Assembly (NCBI GenBank): GCA_965199755.1
Contig: CBDASZ010000001.1
Span: 32,001-96,000 of the forward strand
Direction of reading: 5' to 3'
DNA length: 64,000 bases
Source: an uncultured candidatus Porisulfidus sp.
GTDB taxonomy: Bacteria; Pseudomonadota; Gammaproteobacteria; Poriferisulfidales; Poriferisulfidaceae
A program made the position numbers and the translations under genes. A model generated the notes under the pieces. The model did not search any database. It worked only from the letters and a program-made list of their open reading frames with translations, and was not told where the DNA came from. Positions 42,064 through 51,664 of the stretch are shown here, in pieces (position 1 is the stretch's first letter; each line of letters opens with the position of its first letter).

Positions 42064-42405
42064 TCACAGATAGTGGCGGCGATAGGCGCGCCGGGTGCCG
42101 GCACGCTGAACGACAACGCCAATAATTTCCGGCGGCGCGTCCAACTCAATCGACGGATAGCCCGGATTGACTGGCTGCAGCCAGTGCCGCTCCCCCTCAC
42201 ACTGGTATTGCCGAAAGATCGGATCCCCATCCACCCGCGCCACCACATACGTGCCGGGTCGCGCATCCGCAGCCGGATCCACGATCACAATGCAGCCGTC
42301 AGCGAACTCCGGCTCCATGCTGTCGCCCAACACGCGGAGCGCATACGGCTCGTGATCCGCGCAACCGGGCTCTTCCAGAATGGGATTGTCGATTTTGTCA
42401 CCCAT
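42064..42405 (-). CDS. Stand-alone S24-family (LexA/UmuD-like) peptidase domain protein
   Basis: ALRVLGDSMEPEF.DG..VIVDP, L.P.NP.YP, IIGVV; no HTH; likely start ATG 42405. Confidence 0.85.
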   Translation of the reverse strand: MGDKIDNPILEEPGCADHEPYALRVLGDSMEPEFADGCIVIVDPAADARPGTYVVARVDGDPIFRQYQCEGERHWLQPVNPGYPSIELDAPPEIIGVVVQRAGTRRAYRRHYL

Positions 42406-42525
42406 GAATCTGCCTTGATAACAGGCTTTATCCACCTCTTCATTGTAAGGAATGGAGCATCCTGTCGCAGTGGCCAATTCCGGCAGTCCATTAGAATAAG
42501 CCCCATATAGAGACACGTCTGACTC

Positions 42526-43776
42526 ATGCGCGTAACTCCCCGCTCCGCATTACTCGCCGCACTGTTGCTCGGTGCCGGCGCACTCGGCCATGCGGTATTC
42601 GCCACCAGCAGCGGCAAGGCCAGCGTTTCGCTGACCGAACTGCGCAATTTCTCCGAAGCATTCGCCCTGATCAAACGGCAATACGTCGACGAGCTCGACG
42701 ATAGCACCTTGATGCGCAATGCGATGCGCGGAATGGCCTCTGAACTGGACCCGTACACCACCTATCTGGATGAAGAAGAGCTGGAAAGCTGGGAAGTATC
42801 GACTTCCGGCAAGTTTGGCGGTCTGGGCATTGTTGTCAGCAAAGACAAAAACGACAGCGCGATCAAGATTGTCTCTCCGATTGATGACACTCCGGCAAAA
42901 CGCGCCGGCGTACAAAGCGGTGATCTGGTGGTCGAACTCGATGGTGAATCGGTGCACGACATGACACTGCATGAAGCCGTGCAGATGATGCGCGGAGAAC
43001 CCGGCACCGACATTACGCTGACGCTGCTGCGCAAGAATCTGGATGAGCCTATGGAAGTCACCATCACGCGCGCTATCATCAAGATCGACAGCGTGAAAAG
43101 CGCCATGCTGGAACCTGGTTACGCCTACATGCGCATCAGTAATTTCCAGTCACGCACCAGCGCCGACTTCACCCGCCACCTTGATGATCTGCAGGATGAG
43201 AGCGACGGCCAACTTAAGGGCCTGATTCTGGACCTGCGCAACAACCCCGGCGGACTTCTGACCACCGCGGTTGAGATCTCGGACATCTTTCTCAGACACC
43301 ATCAGCTGATTGTCTCGACCCGCGGTCGCGCCCATCAGTCCAGTGGAGAAGAACGAGCCACCGGCGAAGATATGGCCGCCGGAGTGCCCATCGTCGTTCT
43401 CATCAATGGCGGCTCCGCTTCGGCTTCGGAAATCGTGGCCGGCGCACTCAAGGATCATGGTCGCGCCCAGTTGCTCGGTACCAAGTCTTTCGGCAAGGGG
43501 TCGGTGCAGACGGTAATGCCGCTGAACAACCAAAACGCCGCTATCAAACTGACTACGGCGCGCTACTACACCCCTTCAGGACATTCGATCCATGAAAAGG
43601 GCATTGAGCCAGATCACATCGTGGAGTTTGAGCCGAACGAAACAGAGGAAGAGGACGACAATGAAGATGAATCCGATCTGGACGAAATAGTCGGCGATAA
43701 TCAGATTGAAGCGGCTCTGGAATTGCTGATGCGCCCACAGACTGACACCGCCCAAGCCCAGGGAAACGCCTCGTGA
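42526..43776 (+). CDS. ctpA: Carboxy-terminal processing protease (S41)
   Basis: LDPY, FGGLG PDZ, LDLRNNPGG, SASASEIVAGAL, FGKGSVQ, TTARYYTPSG. Confidence 0.95.
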   Translation: MRVTPRSALLAALLLGAGALGHAVFATSSGKASVSLTELRNFSEAFALIKRQYVDELDDSTLMRNAMRGMASELDPYTTYLDEEELESWEVSTSGKFGGLGIVVSKDKNDSAIKIVSPIDDTPAKRAGVQSGDLVVELDGESVHDMTLHEAVQMMRGEPGTDITLTLLRKNLDEPMEVTITRAIIKIDSVKSAMLEPGYAYMRISNFQSRTSADFTRHLDDLQDESDGQLKGLILDLRNNPGGLLTTAVEISDIFLRHHQLIVSTRGRAHQSSGEERATGEDMAAGVPIVVLINGGSASASEIVAGALKDHGRAQLLGTKSFGKGSVQTVMPLNNQNAAIKLTTARYYTPSGHSIHEKGIEPDHIVEFEPNETEEEDDNEDESDLDEIVGDNQIEAALELLMRPQTDTAQAQGNAS

Positions 43777-44324
43777 GCCGTGTGCTGATCCCGCTGGCCG
43801 AGGGCTGTGAGGAACTTGAAGCCGTCACGCTCATTGACTTGCTGCGCCGCGCCGAGATTGACGTGGTCACGGCTGGATTGCAGCCGGGAGTGGTCACCGC
43901 GTCGCGCGGTACACGCCTGCAGCCAGACACCACGCTTGACGAAGTGATGAATGACACGTTTGACATGATTGTGCTGCCCGGAGGGCTGCCCGGTGCTGAT
44001 TATCTGGAGCAGGATTCGCGGGTGCAAGAGATGCTGCAGGATCAGGTCGCGAACGCGCGTCCGGTTGCGGCCATTTGCGCGGCACCCAAGGCGCTTGCCA
44101 GTAGCGGCGTCCTGAACGGACACCAAGCAACCTGTTATCCCGGCTGTGTGGATGCGGGCCAGTTCCCGGAGGTAGCTTTCACGAGTGCCCCAGTGGAATG
44201 CGACGGACTTATCACCACATCCCGCGGCCCCGGCACGGCGATGGATTTCGCTCTCAGCCTGATTGAAACCCTGCGTGGCGCAGAGGTCCGCGAAGAGGTT
44301 GAAGCCGCACTTCTGCGCCCTTAA
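43773..44324 (+). CDS. yajL: DJ-1/PfpI family protein (YajL/ThiJ)
   Basis: EELEAV, LPGG.PGA, AICAAP, TSRGPGTA. Confidence 0.9.
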   Translation: MSRVLIPLAEGCEELEAVTLIDLLRRAEIDVVTAGLQPGVVTASRGTRLQPDTTLDEVMNDTFDMIVLPGGLPGADYLEQDSRVQEMLQDQVANARPVAAICAAPKALASSGVLNGHQATCYPGCVDAGQFPEVAFTSAPVECDGLITTSRGPGTAMDFALSLIETLRGAEVREEVEAALLRP

Positions 44325-44362
44325 TTCAGCGTATAATACGCGCCCCTAAAAAGTAGACGCTG

Positions 44363-44782
44363 ATGCTTACCGAAAAACAGATCTTGCGCGCACCACGCAA
44401 GGATTACATGAATGAAGCGCAGCTGGAATTCTTCCGGCATCGCCTGAAAGATCTGCGCGGAGAAACCATCACCCGCATTGATCGACTGCGTGCTGAATTA
44501 TCCGAAGAACACCGCGAGTGCGACGAACTCGACCGCGCCTCTGTGGAGGAAGATACCCGCCTCAAGGTTCGCGAAGTCAGCCGCGCATCAAAGCTGTTGC
44601 CGAAAATCGAAGAAGCCTTGTGCCGGATTGAAGATGGCTCTTACGGCTATTGTGCGGACAGCGGTGACCCGATCGGTACCGAACGCCTGCTGCTGCGGCC
44701 GACCGCCGAATACGGCACCACAGCGAAAGCGCAACGCGAAGACATCGAGCATACGCATCGCGATCTGGACGTCGACGCCTGA
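44363..44782 (+). CDS. dksA: DksA-family RNA polymerase-binding protein, one-Cys (Zn-free) type
   Basis: DYMN..QLEFF, DELDRA coiled-coil tip, YGYCADSGDPIG..RLL.RPTA. Confidence 0.88.
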   Translation: MLTEKQILRAPRKDYMNEAQLEFFRHRLKDLRGETITRIDRLRAELSEEHRECDELDRASVEEDTRLKVREVSRASKLLPKIEEALCRIEDGSYGYCADSGDPIGTERLLLRPTAEYGTTAKAQREDIEHTHRDLDVDA

Positions 44783-44794
44783 GCGCGGACGTCT

Positions 44795-44827
44795 ACCTCA
44801 AAAATAGTCCTTGAGGTTCGGTTTTTT
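44795..44827 (+). terminator. Putative terminator between convergent dksA and gpgS
   Basis: ACCTCAA-N9-TTGAGGT stem, with TTTTTT 4 nt downstream. Confidence 0.4.
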
Positions 44828-44871
44828 GTCTAATTAGACATTGAATTGGGCATTCAGAAACCAAACTCTCC

Positions 44872-46086
44872 CTATTCCTGACTGTCGGCCTCGACAGCTT
44901 CCACCAGACGCTCTGGCAAATCCGGCAGCGCCGCACGCACCCGACGCCAGCTCGGCACATACGGGCTATCCATCGGCCGCGCCATAAAGTCGTCTCCGGC
45001 CTTCAGCAGGATGCCAGAGAACAACTCCACCGCCTGTTCCTCGGCATCACGATCCAGTTCCAGCCCGTTGGTTACCGCGTCGTAGTGGTAATGCTCAATC
45101 AGATCCAGCGCTTCGCGCAAATACGCGGCCTTGAGGCTGCGAAACACGCCTTGGGAGAACACCTCACCTTCAATCGCCATCTTGCGGAAGACGGCCTTGC
45201 AGATGTCGGAACTCATGCGGGCCAAGCCAGCGTCAGCCTCCGCCGTCCCCACCGTCTGATGCTTGTGGTCATACAGATCGGCGATGTCCACCTGACAGAT
45301 GTTCCGGCTTGAGTAGACGCGACGAAACTCCGCCAGCAACCCGATTTCCAAACCCCAGTCATCCGGCAACCGCAGATCCCGCAGCACATAAGTGCGCAGC
45401 GAGCATTCACCGGCCAAGGGGTACCGAAAACTGTCCAGATATTCGACGAAATCGTGCGGCCCGAACACGCGCCGCAACGCACGCAACAGCGGTGCCACCA
45501 ACAGCCGTGCCACCCGCCCTTTGAGCCTTTGATCAGCGATGCGCGAGTAATATCCCTTGCAAAACGCAAACGGAAAGACCGGATTGGCAACTGGATAGAG
45601 CAGGCGTGCCAACAGCCGGCGATCATATGTGGTGATGTCGCAGTCGTGTAAGGCCAAAGATTCCACCCGACCACTCGCCAGAACATAGCCGAAACAGAAC
45701 CAGACGTTGCGCCCCTTGCCCATTTGCGTCGGTGCCAGACCGCGCTCGGTCAATTCATCCGCCAGCGTGCGCAAGCGCGGCCCATCGTTCCACAGCACCC
45801 GGTGGCGCTGCGGCAGGCGAGAAAAGAAATCTTGCGCATGCCGGAACTGCTCCTCGTTGGCCGCGTCGAGGCCAATGACGATCTCGTTCAGGTATTCAAC
45901 CTCGGCCAGCGCATCCACAATGCGCGTCAGCGCCGGGCCTTCCAGTTCCGAGTACAGCGACGGCAACACCAGACCTAGCGGCCGATGCTCGGAGTAACGC
46001 AGAAGTTCCTGCTCGAATTCCTCGGTCGAGCGTCCCGCCAGGTCGTGCAACGTTGTAATCTGCCCGTTTTGAAAAAAATCGCTCAT
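44872..46086 (-). CDS. gpgS: Glucosyl-3-phosphoglycerate synthase (GpgS/MpgS-like)
   Basis: MSDFFQNG.ITTLH, GKGRNVW, LHDCDI, FCKGYY, GRVARL, FRYPLAGE, DWGLEIG, YDHKHQ. Confidence 0.88.
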   Translation of the reverse strand: MSDFFQNGQITTLHDLAGRSTEEFEQELLRYSEHRPLGLVLPSLYSELEGPALTRIVDALAEVEYLNEIVIGLDAANEEQFRHAQDFFSRLPQRHRVLWNDGPRLRTLADELTERGLAPTQMGKGRNVWFCFGYVLASGRVESLALHDCDITTYDRRLLARLLYPVANPVFPFAFCKGYYSRIADQRLKGRVARLLVAPLLRALRRVFGPHDFVEYLDSFRYPLAGECSLRTYVLRDLRLPDDWGLEIGLLAEFRRVYSSRNICQVDIADLYDHKHQTVGTAEADAGLARMSSDICKAVFRKMAIEGEVFSQGVFRSLKAAYLREALDLIEHYHYDAVTNGLELDRDAEEQAVELFSGILLKAGDDFMARPMDSPYVPSWRRVRAALPDLPERLVEAVEADSQE

Positions 46087-46860
46087 TCAATTCCCCTGTA
46101 AGAGTTCCAGCACTGCCCGCGACCAGGCTGTCGGCCCTGTCCCTTGCGGCACACGTGCTCCGGGGTATTGTATGTTGCGCCCATTCGGGTTCTGTATGAC
46201 AACCGCGATATCGACCACTTGCATCATGCCGAGATCATTCGGGCCATTGCCCAAGGCCACGCTGCGCAACTCTGGGTGCTGGCGTCGATAGCGCCCGATC
46301 AGGTACTCCACCGCCACACGCTTGTCGGTCGGCCCCATCACATGCACGAAGCGATCGCCACGGTTGAGCCTCAGGCCCAGCGGGCGCAGAATTTCGGCGA
46401 ACTCATCCAGTCGCGACGGATCATCACGCCAGACCAGCGGCTCACTGAAACTGCGGCACCTAGCCGCTGACACAGCACTATCAGGCAAGGCGCAAGCCTC
46501 GACCACCTGTGCATCAGTCATGGTCGAGAGACTCAGAAACGCGAACTGCGACTGTATATCGTCAAGCGCCTTGCGAATGACTGAATAGGGCGCGCCGAAC
46601 GGTATTAGTCCTTCTGCTTCACCGTCATTGAAAGTTCCCGGTGGCACAAATACCGCACCACCGTTCTCAATAGCAAATGGTGCATCAATACCCAGTGTCT
46701 GCGCCAGTTCGCTCATTTCCGGCTCAGTCTTGCTGGTATTAAAAATAATCGGCGCATCACATTCCCGCGCCCGCGCAATGCCTGGCCAGGCTTCTTCCCA
46801 ACGATAGCTCTCCGCATCCAGTACGGTGCCGTCTACATCGCTAAACAGCAAGGTGCGCAT
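46087..46860 (-). CDS. gpgP: Glucosyl/mannosyl-3-phosphoglycerate phosphatase (HAD IIB)
   Basis: DVDGT, TSKT..E, ENGG, R.FSEP, GNGPND. Confidence 0.88.
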   Translation of the reverse strand: MRTLLFSDVDGTVLDAESYRWEEAWPGIARARECDAPIIFNTSKTEPEMSELAQTLGIDAPFAIENGGAVFVPPGTFNDGEAEGLIPFGAPYSVIRKALDDIQSQFAFLSLSTMTDAQVVEACALPDSAVSAARCRSFSEPLVWRDDPSRLDEFAEILRPLGLRLNRGDRFVHVMGPTDKRVAVEYLIGRYRRQHPELRSVALGNGPNDLGMMQVVDIAVVIQNPNGRNIQYPGARVPQGTGPTAWSRAVLELLQGN

Positions 46861-48401
46861 CAGCGATTTCGTAATCGGTCGAATAGCGCGCTGAGCGTAT
46901 GCCCAGGAACATCACTGTGCGAATCGCGCAATGCCTCAGATAGCCCGGAAGCCAGACGTTTGCCGTATTCCACGCCAAACTGGTCAAATGCGTTAATACT
47001 CCACAGCACTGCCACCGCAAACGTCGCATGCTCGAATAATGCAAGCAAGGCACCCAGCCGAGGCGGCTGCAGGCCATCAAGCAGAAACAGGGTGCTTGGG
47101 CGATCTCCAGGATGCAGGTAGTGGGGCACGTCCGCCTGTGCTGCATCCACTTCATCCTCTCTCCGTCCTGAGGCCAGAAGATCCAGTTGCGCCAGACACT
47201 GCGCCAGCAACAGACGTCGGCGTTCGTCTTGCGGATCCACGCGGGCGATGATCGCATCCACAGTCACCGTCTGCGCACCCTGATGCAGCAACTGGAAGAA
47301 CGCATGCGCGCCGTCATTGGCCGGCCCGCCCCAGACGATCGGCGCGGCAATGTCTCTCAATTCGCCGTCATTGCAGGCGCACTTGCCCAGACTTTCCATT
47401 TGCAACTGCTGCACATAGCGCGGCAGGGTGCGCAAGCAATGGTTATACGGGAGCACCGCGCGTGAACTGATACCGAGATAACTGTGATTCCACAGCATTA
47501 GCAGCGCCAGCAGCAGCGGCGCATTGTCCGCTGGCGGCGCATTGACAAAGTGCGCGTCCATGGCGCGCGCACCTTTCAGCAGGCCCGCGAACGCCTCCCA
47601 TCCGGCGTGCAGCACTACGGGCAATCCGACACTTGACCAGACCGAATAGCGCCCGCCGATGCCTTCATGGAATGGTAATATGCGCTGCTCGGAAATGCCA
47701 GCCTCACAGGCGCGGCCCACGGCCGCTGTGATCGCCGCGAAATGCTCCATCACTTCCTGCTGTGGGACTCCTTCGGCCGCGAGCCACTCCTGCGCGGCAA
47801 CAAAATTGCTCATGGTCTCAATGGTTGAAAAGGTCTTGGAGGCAACCAGAAACAAAGTGCCAGCGGCCTCACAGCCGTCCACCGCCGCCTCAAACTCTTC
47901 CGGGTCCAGCGAGGACACAAACCGCACGTCCGGTGCGCCCGGTACAGCGGGCAAGGCTTCGCACAACAGGCGCGGGCCCAGATCCGAGCCGCCTATGCCG
48001 ATATTGACCACAAACTTCCAGCGCGTCGGCACTTCTGCCGCGAACGCGCGCAAGCGCTGTTGCTGCCGTGCGAACTCCGCGCGTACTTCTTCGGTAGCGA
48101 CCTCCACCTCGCCTGACGCATCGGCGCGCAAGGCCGGATGCAGCACCGGGCGGTGTTCCGTGGTGTTGATGTTGTCGCCCGCGAACAGGCGCGACCGCGC
48201 CGCGGCGACCGCGGGTTCCAGTTCCAGCAGGGCGGACAGTGCATCAGCGTCAAGACGCTGGCGACTGGCGTCAATATGCACGCCGGCAACGTCGCGAATC
48301 AGGTAATCGCGCGCCGCATCAGCGGCGAACAAGTCGCGCAGGGAGGTTTGTTGCAGTCGCCGGGCATGACGCTGAAGCGACTCTGGTAGCGATGCGCTCA
48401 C
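46860..48401 (-). CDS. pgi: Glucose-6-phosphate isomerase
   Basis: IGIGGSDLGP, ASKTFST.ET, GGRYSVWS, QQLQMESLGK, HAFFQLLHQG, FDQFGVEYGK. Confidence 0.97.
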   Translation of the reverse strand: MSASLPESLQRHARRLQQTSLRDLFAADAARDYLIRDVAGVHIDASRQRLDADALSALLELEPAVAAARSRLFAGDNINTTEHRPVLHPALRADASGEVEVATEEVRAEFARQQQRLRAFAAEVPTRWKFVVNIGIGGSDLGPRLLCEALPAVPGAPDVRFVSSLDPEEFEAAVDGCEAAGTLFLVASKTFSTIETMSNFVAAQEWLAAEGVPQQEVMEHFAAITAAVGRACEAGISEQRILPFHEGIGGRYSVWSSVGLPVVLHAGWEAFAGLLKGARAMDAHFVNAPPADNAPLLLALLMLWNHSYLGISSRAVLPYNHCLRTLPRYVQQLQMESLGKCACNDGELRDIAAPIVWGGPANDGAHAFFQLLHQGAQTVTVDAIIARVDPQDERRRLLLAQCLAQLDLLASGRREDEVDAAQADVPHYLHPGDRPSTLFLLDGLQPPRLGALLALFEHATFAVAVLWSINAFDQFGVEYGKRLASGLSEALRDSHSDVPGHTLSALFDRLRNR

Positions 48402-48470
48402 GCCAGGTTCCGGGATGCTTGAAAGTCCTGCGAATTATAATGGGCGTTCAAATCACCACCCCCATCGTCT

Positions 48471-51269
48471 ATGCCCAGTGCGGCCAATGCCATGCCGCAG
48501 TGGGGCGACATTGTTGACCGCAAGCTTCGGCGAAGGGTCAAGCTTCTCGGTCGCCTGCTCGGCAGAATTCTGAAAGAACACGCCCCCGCACCGGTGTATC
48601 CGGCGGTAGAGCAGTTGCGGGTGGGCTTTGTTCGCCTGCAGCGCCAGAAGCATCCGATGCTGCGCAGCACCTTGATGCGCAAGATTGATGAACTGGAACC
48701 CGATCTGACCAGTCAGGTCGTACGCGCCTATTCCACCTACTTCAGTCTGGTCAACGTCGCCGAAGAGGTCGCGCTTCTGGACTGGCGGAAAAAAATCCTG
48801 CGCGAACATAAGGACGGCTCGCTATGGTCAGGTTCCTTTGATCACACCCTGCGCCTGATCAAGGAGCGCGGCTACAGCGGCGAAGAAGCGCGCGAAGCAT
48901 TGCAGGACTTGTGCTACATGCCGGTATTTACGGCGCATCCAACTGAAGCGAAGCGCCGCGTGATTCTGGAGACACTGCGACGTATTTTCCTGCTACTGCC
49001 GCAGACTGACGATCTCTCGCTGGGGCCGATTGTCCGGGAAGAAGCGACCGGAAAATTGCTGGCGGAAATTCAGGCCCTGTGGAAAACCGACGAAGTCCGC
49101 CCTGGCAGCACCACTGTGCACTCCGAGATCGCCAATGGCCTGCATTACTTTGAGGCCTCGCTGTTCTCCTCTATCCCGCGCATCTACCGCAACCTTGAGC
49201 GCGCCTGGAATATGGTGTACCCGGACACGCCTTGTGACGTGACAAGTTTTGTGCGCTTCGGCTCATGGATCGGCGGCGATCGCGACGGCAATCCTCATGT
49301 CACCGCGCGCGTCACCCGCACCGCTTATCACATGCAGGCGCGCACCATCCTGAACGAATACTTGCGGCGGGTGCGGGAACTTGAACATATCCTCACGCTG
49401 TCTTCCAAATTCATTGAACTGCCTCAAGCGATACGTGACAGCCTCAAGGAGGATGAACCGCTGCTCGCGCATATCGCGCCACGGCGCGCGGCCACACTGT
49501 TCGAGACCGAGCCCTACCGGCGCAAACTGGCCATCATTCTGTACCGGCTGCAGAAACGGCTGGAACAACTGGACGGACGAACTCTGAAAGACGAAGGCGG
49601 CTATCGCGACGAACAGGAATACCTGCGCGATCTGTATCTGATTCGCGATGCGCTGATTGAGCAGGGCGATGCCCGCATCGCCCAAGGGGAACTCACCGAT
49701 CTGATTCGACTGGCCGAGACCTTCGGGTTTTATCTGGTGCAGCTGGACCTACGTCAGGAAGCGCCGCGTCATACGCAGGCGGTTGCCGAAATTCTGCGTG
49801 CGACAGAAGACGTGGACTACAACAGCCTGAACGAGACCGCCCGCTTGCGGCTGTTGCGCCAGCACCTGCAAAACGCCCAAGGCCCCCGTGAACTCGCGCG
49901 CGAATCACTGTCGCCAGCTACCCGCGAGACACTGGAAGTGTTCGATCTTTTTGGCTTGGCACCGCAGCGCATCAGCTCACAGGCTTTCGGTCAGTACGTG
50001 GTCTCCATGACGCATACAGCAAGCCACGTCCTGGAAGTGCTGTTTCTCGGCAGTCTGATCGGACTGGCCGGCCGCGACGGCAAGCACTGGTTCTGCCGCC
50101 TGCAGGTCTGTCCGCTGTTCGAGACTATTGATGACCTCAATCAGGCTGGCGACATTCTGGAGACCCTGTTCCGCGATCCGACCTATCGCGCCTTGCTCAA
50201 CGCCGGCGGCGGACAGCAGGACATCATGCTGGGATATTCCGATTCCTGCAAGGACGGCGGCATTCTGGCCTCCGCCTGGAATTTGTACCTCGCACAAAAG
50301 CGCATCCATGAGGTGGCGGCTGAGCGCAACATCGCTTTTCGCCTGTTTCATGGCCGCGGCGGCACCATTGGCCGCGGTGGCGGACCGACCCATGATGCCA
50401 TTGTCGCTCAGCCGCACGGCACCGTGCATGGCACCATCAAATTGACCGAGCAGGGCGAGGTGCTGTCCTACAAATACTCGAATCTGGAGACCGCCGTCTA
50501 CGAACTCACCATGGGTATGACCGGCTTGATGCTGGCGTCCTTTCGCGATCCGCACGCCCGGCTGAAAGAGACTGCCGATGATCTGAAGGTGATGGAGTTA
50601 CTGGCGCGCACCGGTGAGCAGTGCTATCGGGATTTGATCGGCACGAAAGGATTCCTGGACTATTTCTATGAGGTCACGCCGGTACAGGAGATCGGCGGCG
50701 TGAATATTGGCTCGCGCCCCTCGCACCGGCGTGCCGCCGACCGTTCCATGGATTCAATCCGAGCCATTCCCTGGGTATTCTCCTGGTCCTTGTCACGCCA
50801 CACATTGCCTGCCTGGTACGGCATCGGCACCGCGCTTGAGACGTTCCTCAACAACAGCCCAAAAACCGGTCTGCAGCGCGTCCAGCATATGTATCAGCGC
50901 TGGCCGTTCTTCCGCACCCTGATGCTCAACATTCAAATGGCGCTGGCCAAAGCGGACATGCCCATCGCCCAGCAATACGCCACACTATACGAACATCCAG
51001 ACGCAGCGGACTTCTTCGCGCGCATTGAGGCCGAATACCAGTTGACCTGCAAGATGGTCTTGCGCGTGACGGGCAACAAGGAATTACTGGAAACGCAGCA
51101 GAATTTGTTGCTGTCGCTCAATCGCAGAAAGCCTTATCTGGACCCGCTCAACGCCATTCAGGTCAGCCTGCTGCGTCGCACCAAGCAGGGCGAGGGTTCC
51201 GAGGCGGTGCAACTCGCCACAGCGCGCTCAATCAGTGCGATTGCCGCCGGAATGCGCAATACAGGCTGA
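48471..51269 (+). CDS. ppc: Phosphoenolpyruvate carboxylase
   Basis: VFTAHPTE, SWIGGDRDGNP, MLGYSDSCKDGG, FHGRGGTIGRGGGP, RAIPWVFSW, MRNTG. Confidence 0.98.
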   Translation: MPSAANAMPQWGDIVDRKLRRRVKLLGRLLGRILKEHAPAPVYPAVEQLRVGFVRLQRQKHPMLRSTLMRKIDELEPDLTSQVVRAYSTYFSLVNVAEEVALLDWRKKILREHKDGSLWSGSFDHTLRLIKERGYSGEEAREALQDLCYMPVFTAHPTEAKRRVILETLRRIFLLLPQTDDLSLGPIVREEATGKLLAEIQALWKTDEVRPGSTTVHSEIANGLHYFEASLFSSIPRIYRNLERAWNMVYPDTPCDVTSFVRFGSWIGGDRDGNPHVTARVTRTAYHMQARTILNEYLRRVRELEHILTLSSKFIELPQAIRDSLKEDEPLLAHIAPRRAATLFETEPYRRKLAIILYRLQKRLEQLDGRTLKDEGGYRDEQEYLRDLYLIRDALIEQGDARIAQGELTDLIRLAETFGFYLVQLDLRQEAPRHTQAVAEILRATEDVDYNSLNETARLRLLRQHLQNAQGPRELARESLSPATRETLEVFDLFGLAPQRISSQAFGQYVVSMTHTASHVLEVLFLGSLIGLAGRDGKHWFCRLQVCPLFETIDDLNQAGDILETLFRDPTYRALLNAGGGQQDIMLGYSDSCKDGGILASAWNLYLAQKRIHEVAAERNIAFRLFHGRGGTIGRGGGPTHDAIVAQPHGTVHGTIKLTEQGEVLSYKYSNLETAVYELTMGMTGLMLASFRDPHARLKETADDLKVMELLARTGEQCYRDLIGTKGFLDYFYEVTPVQEIGGVNIGSRPSHRRAADRSMDSIRAIPWVFSWSLSRHTLPAWYGIGTALETFLNNSPKTGLQRVQHMYQRWPFFRTLMLNIQMALAKADMPIAQQYATLYEHPDAADFFARIEAEYQLTCKMVLRVTGNKELLETQQNLLLSLNRRKPYLDPLNAIQVSLLRRTKQGEGSEAVQLATARSISAIAAGMRNTG

Positions 51270-51283
51270 GTGCCTGGACGACT

Positions 51284-51664
51284 TCAGGCGACTTGCGCCG
51301 GAATACTGTTGCCGATACGCTCAATGTGATTGTCGGCATTGAGGTAGACCAGCGTCGGCTTGAAATTCGCCGCTTCTCCCGGCTCCAGATGCGCGTAAGC
51401 CGCGATGATGATCCGGTCGCCCGGCTCCGCCTTGTGCGCGGCCGCGCCATTGACAGAAATAATGCGGCTGCCGGCCTGAGCGCGAATCGCGTAGGTGGTT
51501 AGCCGCTCACCGTTGGTGATGTTGTAGAGATCAACCTGCTCGTATTCGCTGATGCCCGCGGCGTGTATTAACTCACTGTCAATCGCGCACGAGCCGTCAT
51601 AGTCCGGCTCGACATGGGTGACGCAGGCGCGATGCAGGCGGGCGCGCAGGAAAGTCAGTTTCAT
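51284..51664 (-). CDS. panD: Aspartate 1-decarboxylase
   Basis: LHRA.VT, YDGS self-cleavage site, NGERLTTY, NGAAAH. Confidence 0.96.
   Translation of the reverse strand: MKLTFLRARLHRACVTHVEPDYDGSCAIDSELIHAAGISEYEQVDLYNITNGERLTTYAIRAQAGSRIISVNGAAAHKAEPGDRIIIAAYAHLEPGEAANFKPTLVYLNADNHIERIGNSIPAQVA

Noticed and set aside
42501-42508. CCCCATAT upstream of ctpA as a sigma-32 promoter
   Set aside because: No matching -35 element at the right spacing.
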